Of a DNA stretch of 64,000 bases, positions 54,534 through 64,000 are shown in pieces. A program made the translations under genes and the position numbers. The notes beneath the pieces were generated by a model. The model was given only the letters and a program-made list of their open reading frames with translations. It made no database searches and was not told the DNA's origin. The stretch lies in contig OZ244999.1 in assembly GCA_965223265.1 (NCBI GenBank), forward strand, positions 8,992,001 to 9,056,000. The letters run 5' to 3'. The DNA comes from Planctomycetota bacterium. Its GTDB lineage: Bacteria; Planctomycetota; UBA8108; SXIK01. Numbering within the stretch: position 1 is the first letter of the stretch; each line of letters opens with the position of its first letter.

Positions 54534-55763
54534 TCAGCTACCACGCGTCCAGCGGACCAGCGCGTCGCTGAGACCCGGCCAGCCCGCGGCCGTAGCGACC
54601 ACCAGCTCTGCCATTCTTGGCCGCAAAAGCGCCGCCTGAAGCAGCCCACCGACGCGAAGTCGCGTTCCGTATTCCTTCTCCCATTGGCGATGCCACGCCG
54701 CGCCGCGCCAAGGCTTGTCCATCACGTCGGTGCCTGGCTGCGGCGTGAGCCGCCGCGCGAGCGCGCGAGCGCTGTCGAGCGCCATGGCCTGTCCATCGCC
54801 GCAGAGCGGCGAAATCATGCCGGCGGCGTCGCCGACGCGCGGGAAGTCGCTGTCGATTGAACGCGTTCTCTCCATGGCGCCGGCGGCAATGGTGAGAGTC
54901 GGTGTCGCCTCCGGAATGAGGGTCGCGAGGCGCTCGGCAAGAAGCGGGTTCTGACGACCGAGGGCAAGCGCGAGCGTCTCCCAGCGCGAGCTTTCCAGGC
55001 GTTTGATGAACGACGCTCTCAGGAAGGCACAGACATTGACCAGCTGATCTTGGATCGCGACGATTCCACAGTACCCGCCTCGGACGAGGTGGACCTCGAC
55101 CGTGCGTTCGAGAGCGCGACGTCCTTCCAGAGCCGTGGGTGCGAAACGATGGTGGCGTTTGACGCCAACGAAGAGAGGTCGTCGCCTCACTCTCAGCGGT
55201 TTCCGGTGGCGTCTGGGAGCACCGGCGACCGGTTGCACGGTTTGTTCCAAACGCCCTTCGCGACCATACGCTCCGATGACAAGCGCCGCCACGACGGACT
55301 CTTCGCGTCGGCGGTTTTCCATGCAGCGATAGGTGACTCGGCGAACCTGGTTTGAGCTTGTCGCTCCCTCGACGCGGATAACCTCCGTGCCTTCGCGCAC
55401 CGAGACTCCCGACGTCACTGCATTCTTGAGCAGAATCGAGTCGAACACACGGCGGCTGATCCCAAAGCCGTCGCCGGGCAGGCTCGTCTCGACCACGCGT
55501 CCTGCCGGTGTGGAGAATCGTGCCTGGGAAACGCGGGAAGCACCGGCTGCGACGACGGCATCCAGACAGCCCAGCTCTTGAAGGACGGGTAATGATTCGG
55601 GCGAGAGGAACTCACCGCAGAGCTTGTCACGTGGAAAGTGCTCGCGCTCGAGAAGAACCACTCGCTGTCCTGTCCGCGCCAGAAGCGTCGCCACGGTACT
55701 GCCGGCGGGACCACCACCAACGACGGCGACATCGAACGGCTCTGGTTCCAAGCGCTGAATCAC
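54534..55763 (-). CDS. NAD(P)/FAD-dependent oxidoreductase (geranylgeranyl-reductase-like), type III PKS associated
   Basis: VVGGGPAG, FPRDKLCGEFLSPE, VGDAAGMISPLCGDG. Confidence 0.9.
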   Translation of the reverse strand: MIQRLEPEPFDVAVVGGGPAGSTVATLLARTGQRVVLLEREHFPRDKLCGEFLSPESLPVLQELGCLDAVVAAGASRVSQARFSTPAGRVVETSLPGDGFGISRRVFDSILLKNAVTSGVSVREGTEVIRVEGATSSNQVRRVTYRCMENRRREESVVAALVIGAYGREGRLEQTVQPVAGAPRRHRKPLRVRRRPLFVGVKRHHRFAPTALEGRRALERTVEVHLVRGGYCGIVAIQDQLVNVCAFLRASFIKRLESSRWETLALALGRQNPLLAERLATLIPEATPTLTIAAGAMERTRSIDSDFPRVGDAAGMISPLCGDGQAMALDSARALARRLTPQPGTDVMDKPWRGAAWHRQWEKEYGTRLRVGGLLQAALLRPRMAELVVATAAGWPGLSDALVRWTRGS

Positions 55764-56500
55764 AATCGATCGCGCGCCTCGGCTGGCGTTGTCAGAGTGG
55801 GCTCTTTAGAGAGTACCGCGAGCCATCGAAACGCCCAATGCCAACTGATGTGCGGCGCTGGTAGACCGGCCGCCTCGAACGCCTCAACGAGATCGGCCTT
55901 GTGAAAAGCGCGCAGTACCGACAGCGGCGCGTCGTGGCGGATCAGACGACTACGCGAAAAACAGCGCGTTAGCGCACGAATGGAATGATAGGCAAGCGGA
56001 TGCCTCTGGAGGTCGTTAACGATCATGCCAAGGCGCGAAAGATTGTACATCTTCTTAAGTAGCGGCGTGAGGCGCTCGGCTTCGAAGTGATGAAGCGTCA
56101 GCGCGGAGTGCACGACATCGAATGGCTGCTGCGACTCCAAATCGAAGACGTCGATCTGTTCAAACGATACGCCCTCGAGTCTATCCCACTTAGCGCGTGC
56201 GTATCCGACCGCCGTTGCCGAGAGATCGATTCCGACGATCACCGTGTCGATGCCGCGACGTTTAGCCCACCGCTGTATGACGTGCGGTGTGTCTCCGCCA
56301 CCAGTGCCAACATCAAGGATTCGCAGCTGCGAACAATCCTTCGGCAACAGACGCTTGAGTCCGATCAACGACGGTCGATAGCCGCCCAGTGTGCGATTGA
56401 TGAACGCGAGCTCGTCCAGGGTCGCGTGCATCTCGTCGGCTGAAATGCTCGGGTCGTCCATGAGCTCTAGCTCTCGGGTACGGCAGGAAAAGTCCGGCAT
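55760..56500 (-). CDS. SAM-dependent methyltransferase, type III PKS associated
   Basis: ELMDDP, INRTLGG, ILDVGTGGGD, LTLHHF, HDAPLSV. Confidence 0.9.
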   Translation of the reverse strand: MPDFSCRTRELELMDDPSISADEMHATLDELAFINRTLGGYRPSLIGLKRLLPKDCSQLRILDVGTGGGDTPHVIQRWAKRRGIDTVIVGIDLSATAVGYARAKWDRLEGVSFEQIDVFDLESQQPFDVVHSALTLHHFEAERLTPLLKKMYNLSRLGMIVNDLQRHPLAYHSIRALTRCFSRSRLIRHDAPLSVLRAFHKADLVEAFEAAGLPAPHISWHWAFRWLAVLSKEPTLTTPAEARDRL

Positions 56501-56680
56501 TCACTCCTCCCGATGACGGCCGTCCCATGGACGTTTCTGGCGGTTCTGCCGTCCGCATGCTAATGAATGGTTGACGGGTCGCCGTCGCGATCCTGTCGCC
56601 ACGTAGCGAGTTGCGCACGAGACTCTCTGGATTCCGTGTTCCCGATACCACATAGCTGGATCTTACATGACGGTGCACCT

Positions 56681-57109
56681 ATGGCCATGTCGATAAGCGA
56701 GAACCTGCATGTTCAGGGGATCGACCATGTGACGATCGTCGTCGACGATCTTGAACGCAGCCGCGCGTTTTACGGCGACCTGCTCGGAATGGAGCTGATC
56801 TCGCGACCGAAATTCCCCTTCGGCGGGCTCTGGTTTCGCGCTGGAAACACCCAGCTGCACCTCATCGAGAGACACTCCACGTCGGCGACGAGCGGCTATC
56901 CGAATCTAACGCGCGAGACGATGCAGGGAGTCGCTCATCACTTCGCTTTCCGGGTCGACGACGCGAATCGCGCTAGTGAGGTCTTGCGTCAACATGGAGT
57001 GATGATCATGGGAGGTCCTGTCTCGCGCCCGGACGGCGCGATCCAAGTGTGGTTCTATGATCCCGACGGCCATGTTGTCGAGGTCTTCCATGGTGGTCCG
57101 GCAGGTTGA
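56681..57109 (+). CDS. VOC/glyoxalase family protein
   Basis: IDHVTIVVDDLERSRAFY, QLHL, HHFAFRV, DPDGHVVE. Confidence 0.9.
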   Translation: MAMSISENLHVQGIDHVTIVVDDLERSRAFYGDLLGMELISRPKFPFGGLWFRAGNTQLHLIERHSTSATSGYPNLTRETMQGVAHHFAFRVDDANRASEVLRQHGVMIMGGPVSRPDGAIQVWFYDPDGHVVEVFHGGPAG

Positions 57110-57202
57110 CCTCAACGCCTGCAAAGAACGGCGAGCAAAAATGGCGAAGAGTGCTTCAGTGGCAGAATTTCGAGACGCGCCGTATCTATGGAGTGACTGG
57201 GC

Positions 57203-58336
57203 GTGATCGGTCCGCCCCGCGGAGGCATCCTTTCGCTTGCTACTGGCGTCCCGCCTCACGCCGCGACGCAGGAAGAGATGCTGCGCTTTATGCAGCGGCT
57301 CTTTGCGCACAACCTATCAGCCACCGAGTCGCGGCGGTGGCAGCCACGGCTTAGGGCGCTCTACGGCCGAAGTGGCATCCAAAAGCGTCACAGCGTCCTG
57401 GCCGATTTTACTGCGGATGACCTAGCGGCGTGCGAATTGCAGCCGCACTTACTCCGCGGGTCCGGGAGTGCATCGACCGCAAAACGCATGGAGATTTACG
57501 AGCGCGAATGTGTCGGAATGGCTGCGCCTATCGCACGCAGGGCGATCGACAAGGCTTCGATTGATGCGGCTCAAATCACGCATCTCGTTTTTTGCAGTTG
57601 CACTGGATTCTATTCTCCCGGGCCTGATCTCGACCTGATCGAAGCGTTGGATCTGCGCCCGAGCGTCCAGCGGACAGTGGTTGGATTCATGGGGTGCCAT
57701 GGTGGCTTCAACTCGCTCCGCCTCTGCGATCAAGTGGTCGCGGCGCATCCCGACGCGAAAATCCTGCTGATCTGCGTTGAGCTGTGCACCCTTCACATGC
57801 AGCCCGAGCCGACGAAGTCGTCTGTGTTATCCAATTGTCTCTTTGCGGACGGGTGCGCCGCTCTCATCTACGGTAGACCGGCGGACCGCGATGCCCGAGC
57901 TGTGCTGGTGGCGAGCGCGTCTGCGGTGGCGCCCACTTCGAGGCAAGCCATGGCGTGGCACATTGGCGACGCCGGATTTCGGATGACGCTGAGCGCAGAG
58001 GTTCCAGAGCGTCTCATGGGGGAGTTAGCCGGGTTCAGCCACCATCTTCTCGACCTCGCGGCAGTGAACCGTGGGCAGCGTTGTCGGTGGGCGATTCATC
58101 CTGGCGGACCACGCATCCTGAAGGCTGCACGTCATGCTCTCGCTCTCGAGGCAGACGACATCGCAGCCTCCACAGGGGTGCTGCGCGATTACGGGAACAT
58201 GTCGAGCCCGACGATCTTTTTCGTCCTCGAGCGGCTGCTCGCAGAGGAGCGAGAGAATCGCACCACGAGTCCCGTGGTCATGCTGGGGTTTGGTCCCGGA
58301 CTGACGATCGAGGGCGTCGTTCTTAGCAGCCCTTGA
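57203..58336 (+). CDS. type III polyketide synthase
   Basis: catalytic triad GFMGCHGG (Cys), IHPGGPRIL (His), YGNMSS (Asn); ELCTLH, GFGPGL. Confidence 0.95.
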   Translation: MIGPPRGGILSLATGVPPHAATQEEMLRFMQRLFAHNLSATESRRWQPRLRALYGRSGIQKRHSVLADFTADDLAACELQPHLLRGSGSASTAKRMEIYERECVGMAAPIARRAIDKASIDAAQITHLVFCSCTGFYSPGPDLDLIEALDLRPSVQRTVVGFMGCHGGFNSLRLCDQVVAAHPDAKILLICVELCTLHMQPEPTKSSVLSNCLFADGCAALIYGRPADRDARAVLVASASAVAPTSRQAMAWHIGDAGFRMTLSAEVPERLMGELAGFSHHLLDLAAVNRGQRCRWAIHPGGPRILKAARHALALEADDIAASTGVLRDYGNMSSPTIFFVLERLLAEERENRTTSPVVMLGFGPGLTIEGVVLSSP

Positions 58337-58375
58337 ACAAGTCACTCCGCCGAGAAACCGGCCTCTTCACGCCCG
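58327..58375 (+). mobile_element. 5' fragment of the MITE overlapping the PKS stop codon
   Basis: TTAG|CAGCCCTTGAACAAGTCACTCCGCCGAGAAACCGGCCTCTTCACGCCC aligns with the left end of the 2399-2557 element. Confidence 0.65.
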
Positions 58376-58401
58376 GCTGGACTGAGACTGCTGGGTGAAC
58401 G

Positions 58402-60060
58402 TTATAGCAGCGCGCCGATCGCCTTTGCGAGCAGCATCCCGATCGGTACGCCGGCGAGGAGAAGTCCGGCAACCCAAAGGCTCGCGAGCGTTGACCAGCG
58501 GTGTGGCAGCCCCTGCACGTGAATGCGCCGTTCCGTGCCGTAGAGCCAAGCCTTGAACCTCGGTGTGCGGCCACGCGGCCCCTTGATCTGGACGTCAACC
58601 GACACGACCGGCACCGATTCAATCTCGACGCTGGAGCGGAGTACCTTCACCTGGTCGCGGTCCGCCTCGAAAGGCGACGAATCGAAGTGAGCGCGTATCT
58701 TCTTTTCGAGGATCCCGGACGACACCTCTTGCGAGAATTCAGCTGCGCACTTCGCGCCGAGGCCAGGGTCGAACGCGTCTGTGTCGACGGCGGAACGAGT
58801 AACACTTTGCTTCTGCGTGCCGCCCGCAGCGTCAACGATTTCACGGAGAATCGTCGCTGCTGCGTCGGTGGCTCGCAGAGACGTCGGCGCATACGTCGTT
58901 GTGACGTTGTCGTCCGTCGTGCGCCCCGCTCGATTGGCACGGGGTACCGATACGGGTCGTTTCCAGAGGGCGGAGGCTGCTGCGGAGTCACCATCGACTT
59001 CCTCACGCTTCGCCCACAAAGACCGAATCGATATGCGAGTGAATGAATCATCGGAGATGCTGGTGAAGTGGATCGATTCGTCGTGGTGAATGGGAAAGAA
59101 AGGCATCCTTTTCGACAACTTTTGCAGGTGGCTGCGCAGCGCGAGTTCGTCTTTCTCGTCGAGGCGAGGTTTGCGGGCCTTGGCGGGAGACTTGGGCTGT
59201 TTGCGCTCAGGTGTCAATTTTTCGGTTCGGCTGCCCGGTCTTTTCGCCGCTTTCGACTCCTCTTCTGCGTCTTGCTGGCGTCGAGGACGGGCAAGCGGAG
59301 CATTGATCGTCAGGGACAGCTTTTTCGGCTGCGCGAGAGCCTCCAGCGGTAGGTCAGATTTTTTGATCCGGATGCTCCCAAGCATCATCTTGAGACCGAT
59401 TCCGCGCAGGGTCTCAGACTCGTCTTGCGACGACTCGGAAGAATCGTCATCGTCGTCTTCGCTTGCGTTCGGCTGAGGTGCCGTCGCGGGTTTGTCTTCA
59501 GACTTGCTCTCGGGGCGCGGCGAAGTCTGCAGTCCGCGACGTTCGATTTCGCCGAAGCTCTCTTTCATCATGCGTCGCGCTTGCGACACTTTTTCCTGTA
59601 GAACGGAGATGCGTGTTACCGATTGTCCCATCGATTTACGACATTCGCCGTTCTTCACCTTGCCGAGGAAGACTCGAGCTGCGGTCACCTTGTACAACGG
59701 CTCGAGGACCTCGCCAGTGTCGTTAAGCAGGGCTTGAGCACCTGTGAGCTCGGCAAGCGTGGCGCATCCGATGTCGGACTGTTGCGCAACTTCTTCGAGA
59801 AGCGCATTTCGCTTCGCAGGATCGCCTAGGTCCTGTCGTAGTTGGCGAACGGATTTGAGGCTGGCACTCATCCGTTCTGAGAGCTCTTGAAGAAGTGTCA
59901 CAAGTTCTTCGAGCGCATCGCGCAATTCGCCTTCGTCGACAGGCGAATCTTTCAGCGCTCTCATTTGCCCGAGAACCCACGCGACCAGCTCCGCGATGTA
60001 CTGGTCGTTACGCTCGGAAGTTTCTACTGGGGGCGATTCAGCGATCGTTTCCGTCGTCAT
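58402..60060 (-). CDS. hypothetical protein: N-terminal coiled coil, acidic/basic linker, C-terminal domain and tail TM
   Basis: 552-aa ORF, ATGA overlap with the upstream gene, C-terminal LASLWVAGLLLAGVPIGMLLAKAIGALL. Confidence 0.75.
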   Translation of the reverse strand: MTTETIAESPPVETSERNDQYIAELVAWVLGQMRALKDSPVDEGELRDALEELVTLLQELSERMSASLKSVRQLRQDLGDPAKRNALLEEVAQQSDIGCATLAELTGAQALLNDTGEVLEPLYKVTAARVFLGKVKNGECRKSMGQSVTRISVLQEKVSQARRMMKESFGEIERRGLQTSPRPESKSEDKPATAPQPNASEDDDDDSSESSQDESETLRGIGLKMMLGSIRIKKSDLPLEALAQPKKLSLTINAPLARPRRQQDAEEESKAAKRPGSRTEKLTPERKQPKSPAKARKPRLDEKDELALRSHLQKLSKRMPFFPIHHDESIHFTSISDDSFTRISIRSLWAKREEVDGDSAAASALWKRPVSVPRANRAGRTTDDNVTTTYAPTSLRATDAAATILREIVDAAGGTQKQSVTRSAVDTDAFDPGLGAKCAAEFSQEVSSGILEKKIRAHFDSSPFEADRDQVKVLRSSVEIESVPVVSVDVQIKGPRGRTPRFKAWLYGTERRIHVQGLPHRWSTLASLWVAGLLLAGVPIGMLLAKAIGALL

Positions 60061-62504
60061 GGCATTCGATCCAATTCTTTCCCTGTCCCTGGCGAGCGCA
60101 ACACGAGTTCGATTCCCTGGTGTTGATCGACTCGTTTGACTTGTGAGCTGGTCGTCGTCTCCCTGGGACTATGGTTGAATGCGCCCGGCGAGAACAGCAG
60201 CCCGAGAGTGATTCCGAACAACAGCCCACAGGCGCCGTACCATCTGAAGTCGAGAAGACCGCGCTTCCTCGTCAGGGCGGCTAATACGATGGCTCCGCAG
60301 ATCGATCCGATCGCAGCGATCGCCACGGTCGCGACGTAGACGCCGCGCCCACTGTGCTGGCTGTGACTCGCTTTCGCAGCCGCCGCGCCCGTAGCCGGAT
60401 CTGGCCCGCCCCGGCCGGGACGATGCGCAGCGACCCGGTCGCCGGCGACGATGCGTGCGGCCTCCCAATCCGAATCTGAGACGACGTCCGAAAACGCTGC
60501 CGGCCGCGGCGATTCTTGTGTTATTTGACCGTCGAGCATTGAATCCACAGCTGCGGCGATCTGGGGCTGCTGACTGACGTGTCGGACGACGATCGGTCGA
60601 ATGCTACCGACGGCCTCGGGGTGAGCCCGGAGATAGAGGACGGCGTGCCGCGTCGCATCGCCGTCAGACGTTCGAACCAGTTCGCGCACCAGTCTTTGGT
60701 GAGACTCCGCGAATCCCGTCGGCGCCTTCTCCGCAGGGCATTCCCGCAGGTAAGTGTCGATACATTCCTTGAGTAGAGGCCAGTTCTTGGCGTTCGCGGC
60801 GTCGCCCGCGAGTTTCCAAAGCCGCGCTACGGCGCGAGGCTTGAGCTCGTCTGGCTCCTCGCGGCTCAGAATTGCGGTCTCGCGTGCGATTTTGAACGCT
60901 TCGCTCGGCCCGGAAACATCGTCGAGGCGCGTCAGCCACGACTCCTGCGTCTGTTCGAAGAGCGTTTGGCAGCGTTCGGTGCCGGCGGTGGTCCGCATCT
61001 TGCGCACGGTGTCTCGGATCAGCTCCTGAACTCGCCGACCGCCGTGGCGTTCGAATGCCGTCGACAACTCGCCGATGTCTTGCAAAAGAACCTGATAGAG
61101 ACACCTGTCGAGATTCTCCATAGCCTGCCGGTCATGCGGAAAGGCAACCAGCATGCGTTCGCATTCCTGGGTCGCGGCGCGAGCGTCGCGCGGGAGTAGG
61201 TGGGCGACGAACCGCGCGTAGTAGCGGTGGAGTTTCTTTGCTACGAGCTGTTCCTCGTGGTTGTTCGATGTCAGTCTCTGGGCTTGCCCCAGCACGTCCT
61301 TTGCGGCAGCGAATTCTGCCTGCCGCAGGAGACCCTCGGCGCCTCGCAGCGCCGAGTTGACGAGGGTCTTGCGAAACGCTTCGATGCTGGACTCCTTGGC
61401 GCCGTGAGATCGCAGGTTCGTCGCCCTGCGGAACTCCTCGAGTGCCTTCTCATAGCGGTGCGCGGAAACGTGGCGAGCGCCGATGCGATCGGCGGAGAGC
61501 TTGATCAGAGCGTCCGCTTGCTGGTCCAGATAACGATCCTTATCGCGCGCCGCAACAGCAAGTGATAGCGACTCTTTGGGGTCGGCGGTGGCTCGGGCTC
61601 GCGCCAGCATGACGGCTGCGTCGGCGCGTCTGAGTTCGCGTTCCCACCGCTCGCGCCCTGGGAGTTTTTCGGCTCGTTCGCGGATTTCTCGGAGCCGCCG
61701 CTCCATCGCTTCGACGACGGACATGCTCGGAGCGCTGCGAATGCTGTCGAGAGCTGTCTCGTGAGCGGCTCCTGGCGAACTGGGCTTGGCCTCGTCCGTC
61801 GCATCCATGATCAACGCGAACACGGCGAGGGCGTTGTCATGACGACCACGTTCGCGATCGGAATCCACCCACTTCTGCCAGGCTCCCTCGTAAAGGCGCG
61901 TCTGCCGGCTGAACTGGGTTCGATCCAGCTTCCGCAGGCTGAGCAAGTGAAACACTGACGCAGCGCCGTGAATCTCAGTCTCACGGGCGATCGCTTCAGT
62001 GTGTACAGCGATCAGATGTTTGTCGATCGCTTGGGCGACGCCGGAGGCGTTCGTGGCGAAGTCGAGATACTCTTTCGTCTCCTGATCCTCGGAGCTCGCG
62101 GCTTTCGCCGCGAGAGACTCGAGGATGCTGTTGATTTGAGCGCTCTCGGTCTGCAGCTTCTCGCCGAGCGTCTCACCGCGGCGCCAGGCGTCTTCGAACT
62201 GTTCCCGGTCGACGGCCTTCCAGCCATCGATTTCTTCGGTGAGAAGGGCATGCTCACGCAGACTCCGCTGGAATCGCCCGAGCGCGTTCTGCAGCGCGAT
62301 CCGGTCCGCGTCGGTGATCTGAAGGCGCTCGGAATCACTGCCCAGCTCGGCGAGTCGGCGCGACGCCGCGTGGAGCTTCTTCGAAAACTCTCGGGTTACC
62401 TCCGAGCCGCTGCGCTGGGGTGGGTCGCTCGATTTGCAGCGGCACAAGACCAAAGTCAGCGCCGTCAGGACACAGCTCAGCAGCAGTTGATCTCTACGTG
62501 TCAT
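60057..62504 (-). CDS. all-helical TPR-like membrane protein (N-terminal signal, two C-terminal TMs)
   Basis: 815-aa ORF; hydrophobic N-terminus with Cys; YEKALEEFRRA-type helices; two C-terminal hydrophobic segments. Confidence 0.7.
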   Translation of the reverse strand: MTRRDQLLLSCVLTALTLVLCRCKSSDPPQRSGSEVTREFSKKLHAASRRLAELGSDSERLQITDADRIALQNALGRFQRSLREHALLTEEIDGWKAVDREQFEDAWRRGETLGEKLQTESAQINSILESLAAKAASSEDQETKEYLDFATNASGVAQAIDKHLIAVHTEAIARETEIHGAASVFHLLSLRKLDRTQFSRQTRLYEGAWQKWVDSDRERGRHDNALAVFALIMDATDEAKPSSPGAAHETALDSIRSAPSMSVVEAMERRLREIRERAEKLPGRERWERELRRADAAVMLARARATADPKESLSLAVAARDKDRYLDQQADALIKLSADRIGARHVSAHRYEKALEEFRRATNLRSHGAKESSIEAFRKTLVNSALRGAEGLLRQAEFAAAKDVLGQAQRLTSNNHEEQLVAKKLHRYYARFVAHLLPRDARAATQECERMLVAFPHDRQAMENLDRCLYQVLLQDIGELSTAFERHGGRRVQELIRDTVRKMRTTAGTERCQTLFEQTQESWLTRLDDVSGPSEAFKIARETAILSREEPDELKPRAVARLWKLAGDAANAKNWPLLKECIDTYLRECPAEKAPTGFAESHQRLVRELVRTSDGDATRHAVLYLRAHPEAVGSIRPIVVRHVSQQPQIAAAVDSMLDGQITQESPRPAAFSDVVSDSDWEAARIVAGDRVAAHRPGRGGPDPATGAAAAKASHSQHSGRGVYVATVAIAAIGSICGAIVLAALTRKRGLLDFRWYGACGLLFGITLGLLFSPGAFNHSPRETTTSSQVKRVDQHQGIELVLRSPGTGKELDRMP

Positions 62505-62818
62505 GCCTAACTTTCGCCCTTAAAATCCTTTCAGGGTCTTGGAAGAAGCCGCCGCTGACGACTGTTTCCCCCTGATCTGGGAAAGCGGTGGGAGTTGTCA
62601 AAGAGTCGCATCTCCTGCGCCGGAGAGGCAAACCGAGGCGGTTGTGAGCCGATTCTTATCGGCCATTCGGCCCTTCGGAGGTACTTTTCGAATTCCAGAC
62701 GGCGTCCAATTCCCGTACACTGTTGGGGTGGAGCGCAGCGGGTAACGGAAGCTGCGCCAGGCGGCCGTCGCCACCACGACGACCAATTCCCTTGCCGAAG
62801 AGCAGAGAGCTTAGACTG

Positions 62819-64000
62819 ATGCTTACAATCGTTGGCGATCCGAGCCGAGAGCGTTTTTGCGATGGCATGAGCCGGCGCAGCTTCCTGCGTTTGGGTGGTC
62901 TGTCCGTTGGCGGTTTATCGCTCGCCGACCTCTTGCGTGCTGAGTCAACACCAGCGTCGCGACCGAAGACCGAGGCCAAGCGGGGGCGTCAGAAGTCGAT
63001 CATCATGATCTTCCTCCCGGGTGGCCCGCCGCATCAGGACATGTTCGACCTGAAAATGGACGCGCCGTCGGAGATCCGCGGCGAGTTCAAGCCGATCAAG
63101 ACGAACGTTCCGGGCATCGAGATCTGCGAGCTCTTCCCGCGCATGGCTGCGATGATGGACCGACTTGCGATCATCCGATCGATCGTTGGCGCACGCGGTT
63201 CTCATTATGCTTTTCAGTGCATGACGGGGCGCTCCGGTCGCGCGCCGGAGCCGCAGCCGCAAGGCGGCTGGCCGGCTCTCGGTTCCGTGCTTTCGAAGCT
63301 CGAAGGGCCTGCGCATCCTGCAATGCCGCCTTACGTCGGCCTGGCACCGCATGACATGGGGCATAGGCCGTGGGCAGATCCGGGCCGTCCGGGTTTCCTT
63401 GGCCCCGCTCACGCGCCGTTCCTGCCATCGGGAGCAGGGCGAGGCGACATGGTGCTCAACGGGGTTTCTGCGGATCGACTTTCAGATCGCAAGACGCTTC
63501 TGGCCAGCTTCGATCGATTTCGCCGGCACGCAGATGCCAGTGGGCTCATGGACGGGATGGATTCGTTTCAGCAGCAGGCGTTCGGGATTTTGACATCGAG
63601 CCGCCTGGCGGAGGCGATGGATCTCGAACGCGAAGAATCTCGAGTACGTGATCGGTACGGGCGCGGCTCCGCCAAAAAGCAGGCGGACGGTGCGCCGAAA
63701 TTGTTGGATCACTTCTTGGTGGCGAGGCGGCTCGTCGAGGCTGGGGTGCGATGTGTCACCCTGGCGTTCAGCCGTTGGGACTGGCACGGCGGCAACTTCC
63801 ACCGTGCTCGGCAGGACTTTCCGATGCTCGACCAAGGGGTCACCGCATTGGTCGAAGACCTGCAGCAACGCGGTCTTGACCGCGACGTGTCGGTCGTCGT
63901 CTGGGGTGAGTTCGGGCGCACGCCAAAGATCAATGAGCGCGCGGGGCGCGATCACTGGCCGCGCGTCTCGTGCGCGCTGATGTACGGCGGCGGAATCCGC
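62819..64000 (+). CDS. DUF1501 domain protein, 3' end runs off the window
   Basis: translated by hand: [27 protein letters not shown]...[21 protein letters not shown]...WDWHG...[14 protein letters not shown]...RDHWP. Confidence 0.92.
   Translation, partial: MLTIVGDPSRERFCDGMSRRSFLRLGGLSVGGLSLADLLRAESTPASRPKTEAKRGRQKSIIMIFLPGGPPHQDMFDLKMDAPSEIRGEFKPIKTNVPGIEICELFPRMAAMMDRLAIIRSIVGARGSHYAFQCMTGRSGRAPEPQPQGGWPALGSVLSKLEGPAHPAMPPYVGLAPHDMGHRPWADPGRPGFLGPAHAPFLPSGAGRGDMVLNGVSADRLSDRKTLLASFDRFRRHADASGLMDGMDSFQQQAFGILTSSRLAEAMDLEREESRVRDRYGRGSAKKQADGAPKLLDHFLVARRLVEAGVRCVTLAFSRWDWHGGNFHRARQDFPMLDQGVTALVEDLQQRGLDRDVSVVVWGEFGRTPKINERAGRDHWPRVSCALMYGGGIR

Noticed and set aside
54534-55763. Flavin-dependent halogenase
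   Set aside because: The WxWxIP motif is absent (GGYCGIV at the equivalent place), so it fits the PKS III-associated oxidoreductase family.
62728-62762. tRNA-like or riboswitch element upstream of the DUF1501 gene
   Set aside because: Only a single GCGCAGC/GCTGCGC hairpin, with no cloverleaf, T-loop or recognisable aptamer consensus.

Overview
GC-rich bacterial chromosomal segment, very probably from a Planctomycetota member: it carries DUF1549/DUF1553 and DUF1501 genes at the two edges, a PQQ-like propeller, a sulfatase, a Tat-exported Gfo/Idh/MocA protein and FxRGDxNxDG dockerin-like proteins. About 43 CDS are supported. I saw no rRNA, tRNA, CRISPR array or transposase. Highlights: (1) A four-helix-bundle (Avd/23S-IVP-like) gene sits in a nested cassette of direct repeat, hairpin, inverted repeat, ORF, inverted repeat, direct repeat. 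The direct repeats belong to a family of bipartite hexamer arrays found at about 8 intergenic sites in the window, and four of these arrays begin within 0-5 nt of a stop codon. (2) A four-gene operon encodes a coiled-coil protein, a [longin-like cytoplasmic domain-TM-4 BON-like repeats-OmpA-like] protein, a Rab-like small GTPase and a HisKA_3 kinase, with divergent NarL-type regulators. (3) A pseudokinase-STAND-TPR-sigma54 activator faces a sigma54 promoter that precedes a dockerin-cohesin-cohesin-dockerin gene. (4) Also present: a TTAA-flanked MITE family, GTAG-type REPs, a type III PKS cluster and a possibly split TrhO-RluA fusion. All family assignments come from motif recognition by eye; no searches were run.
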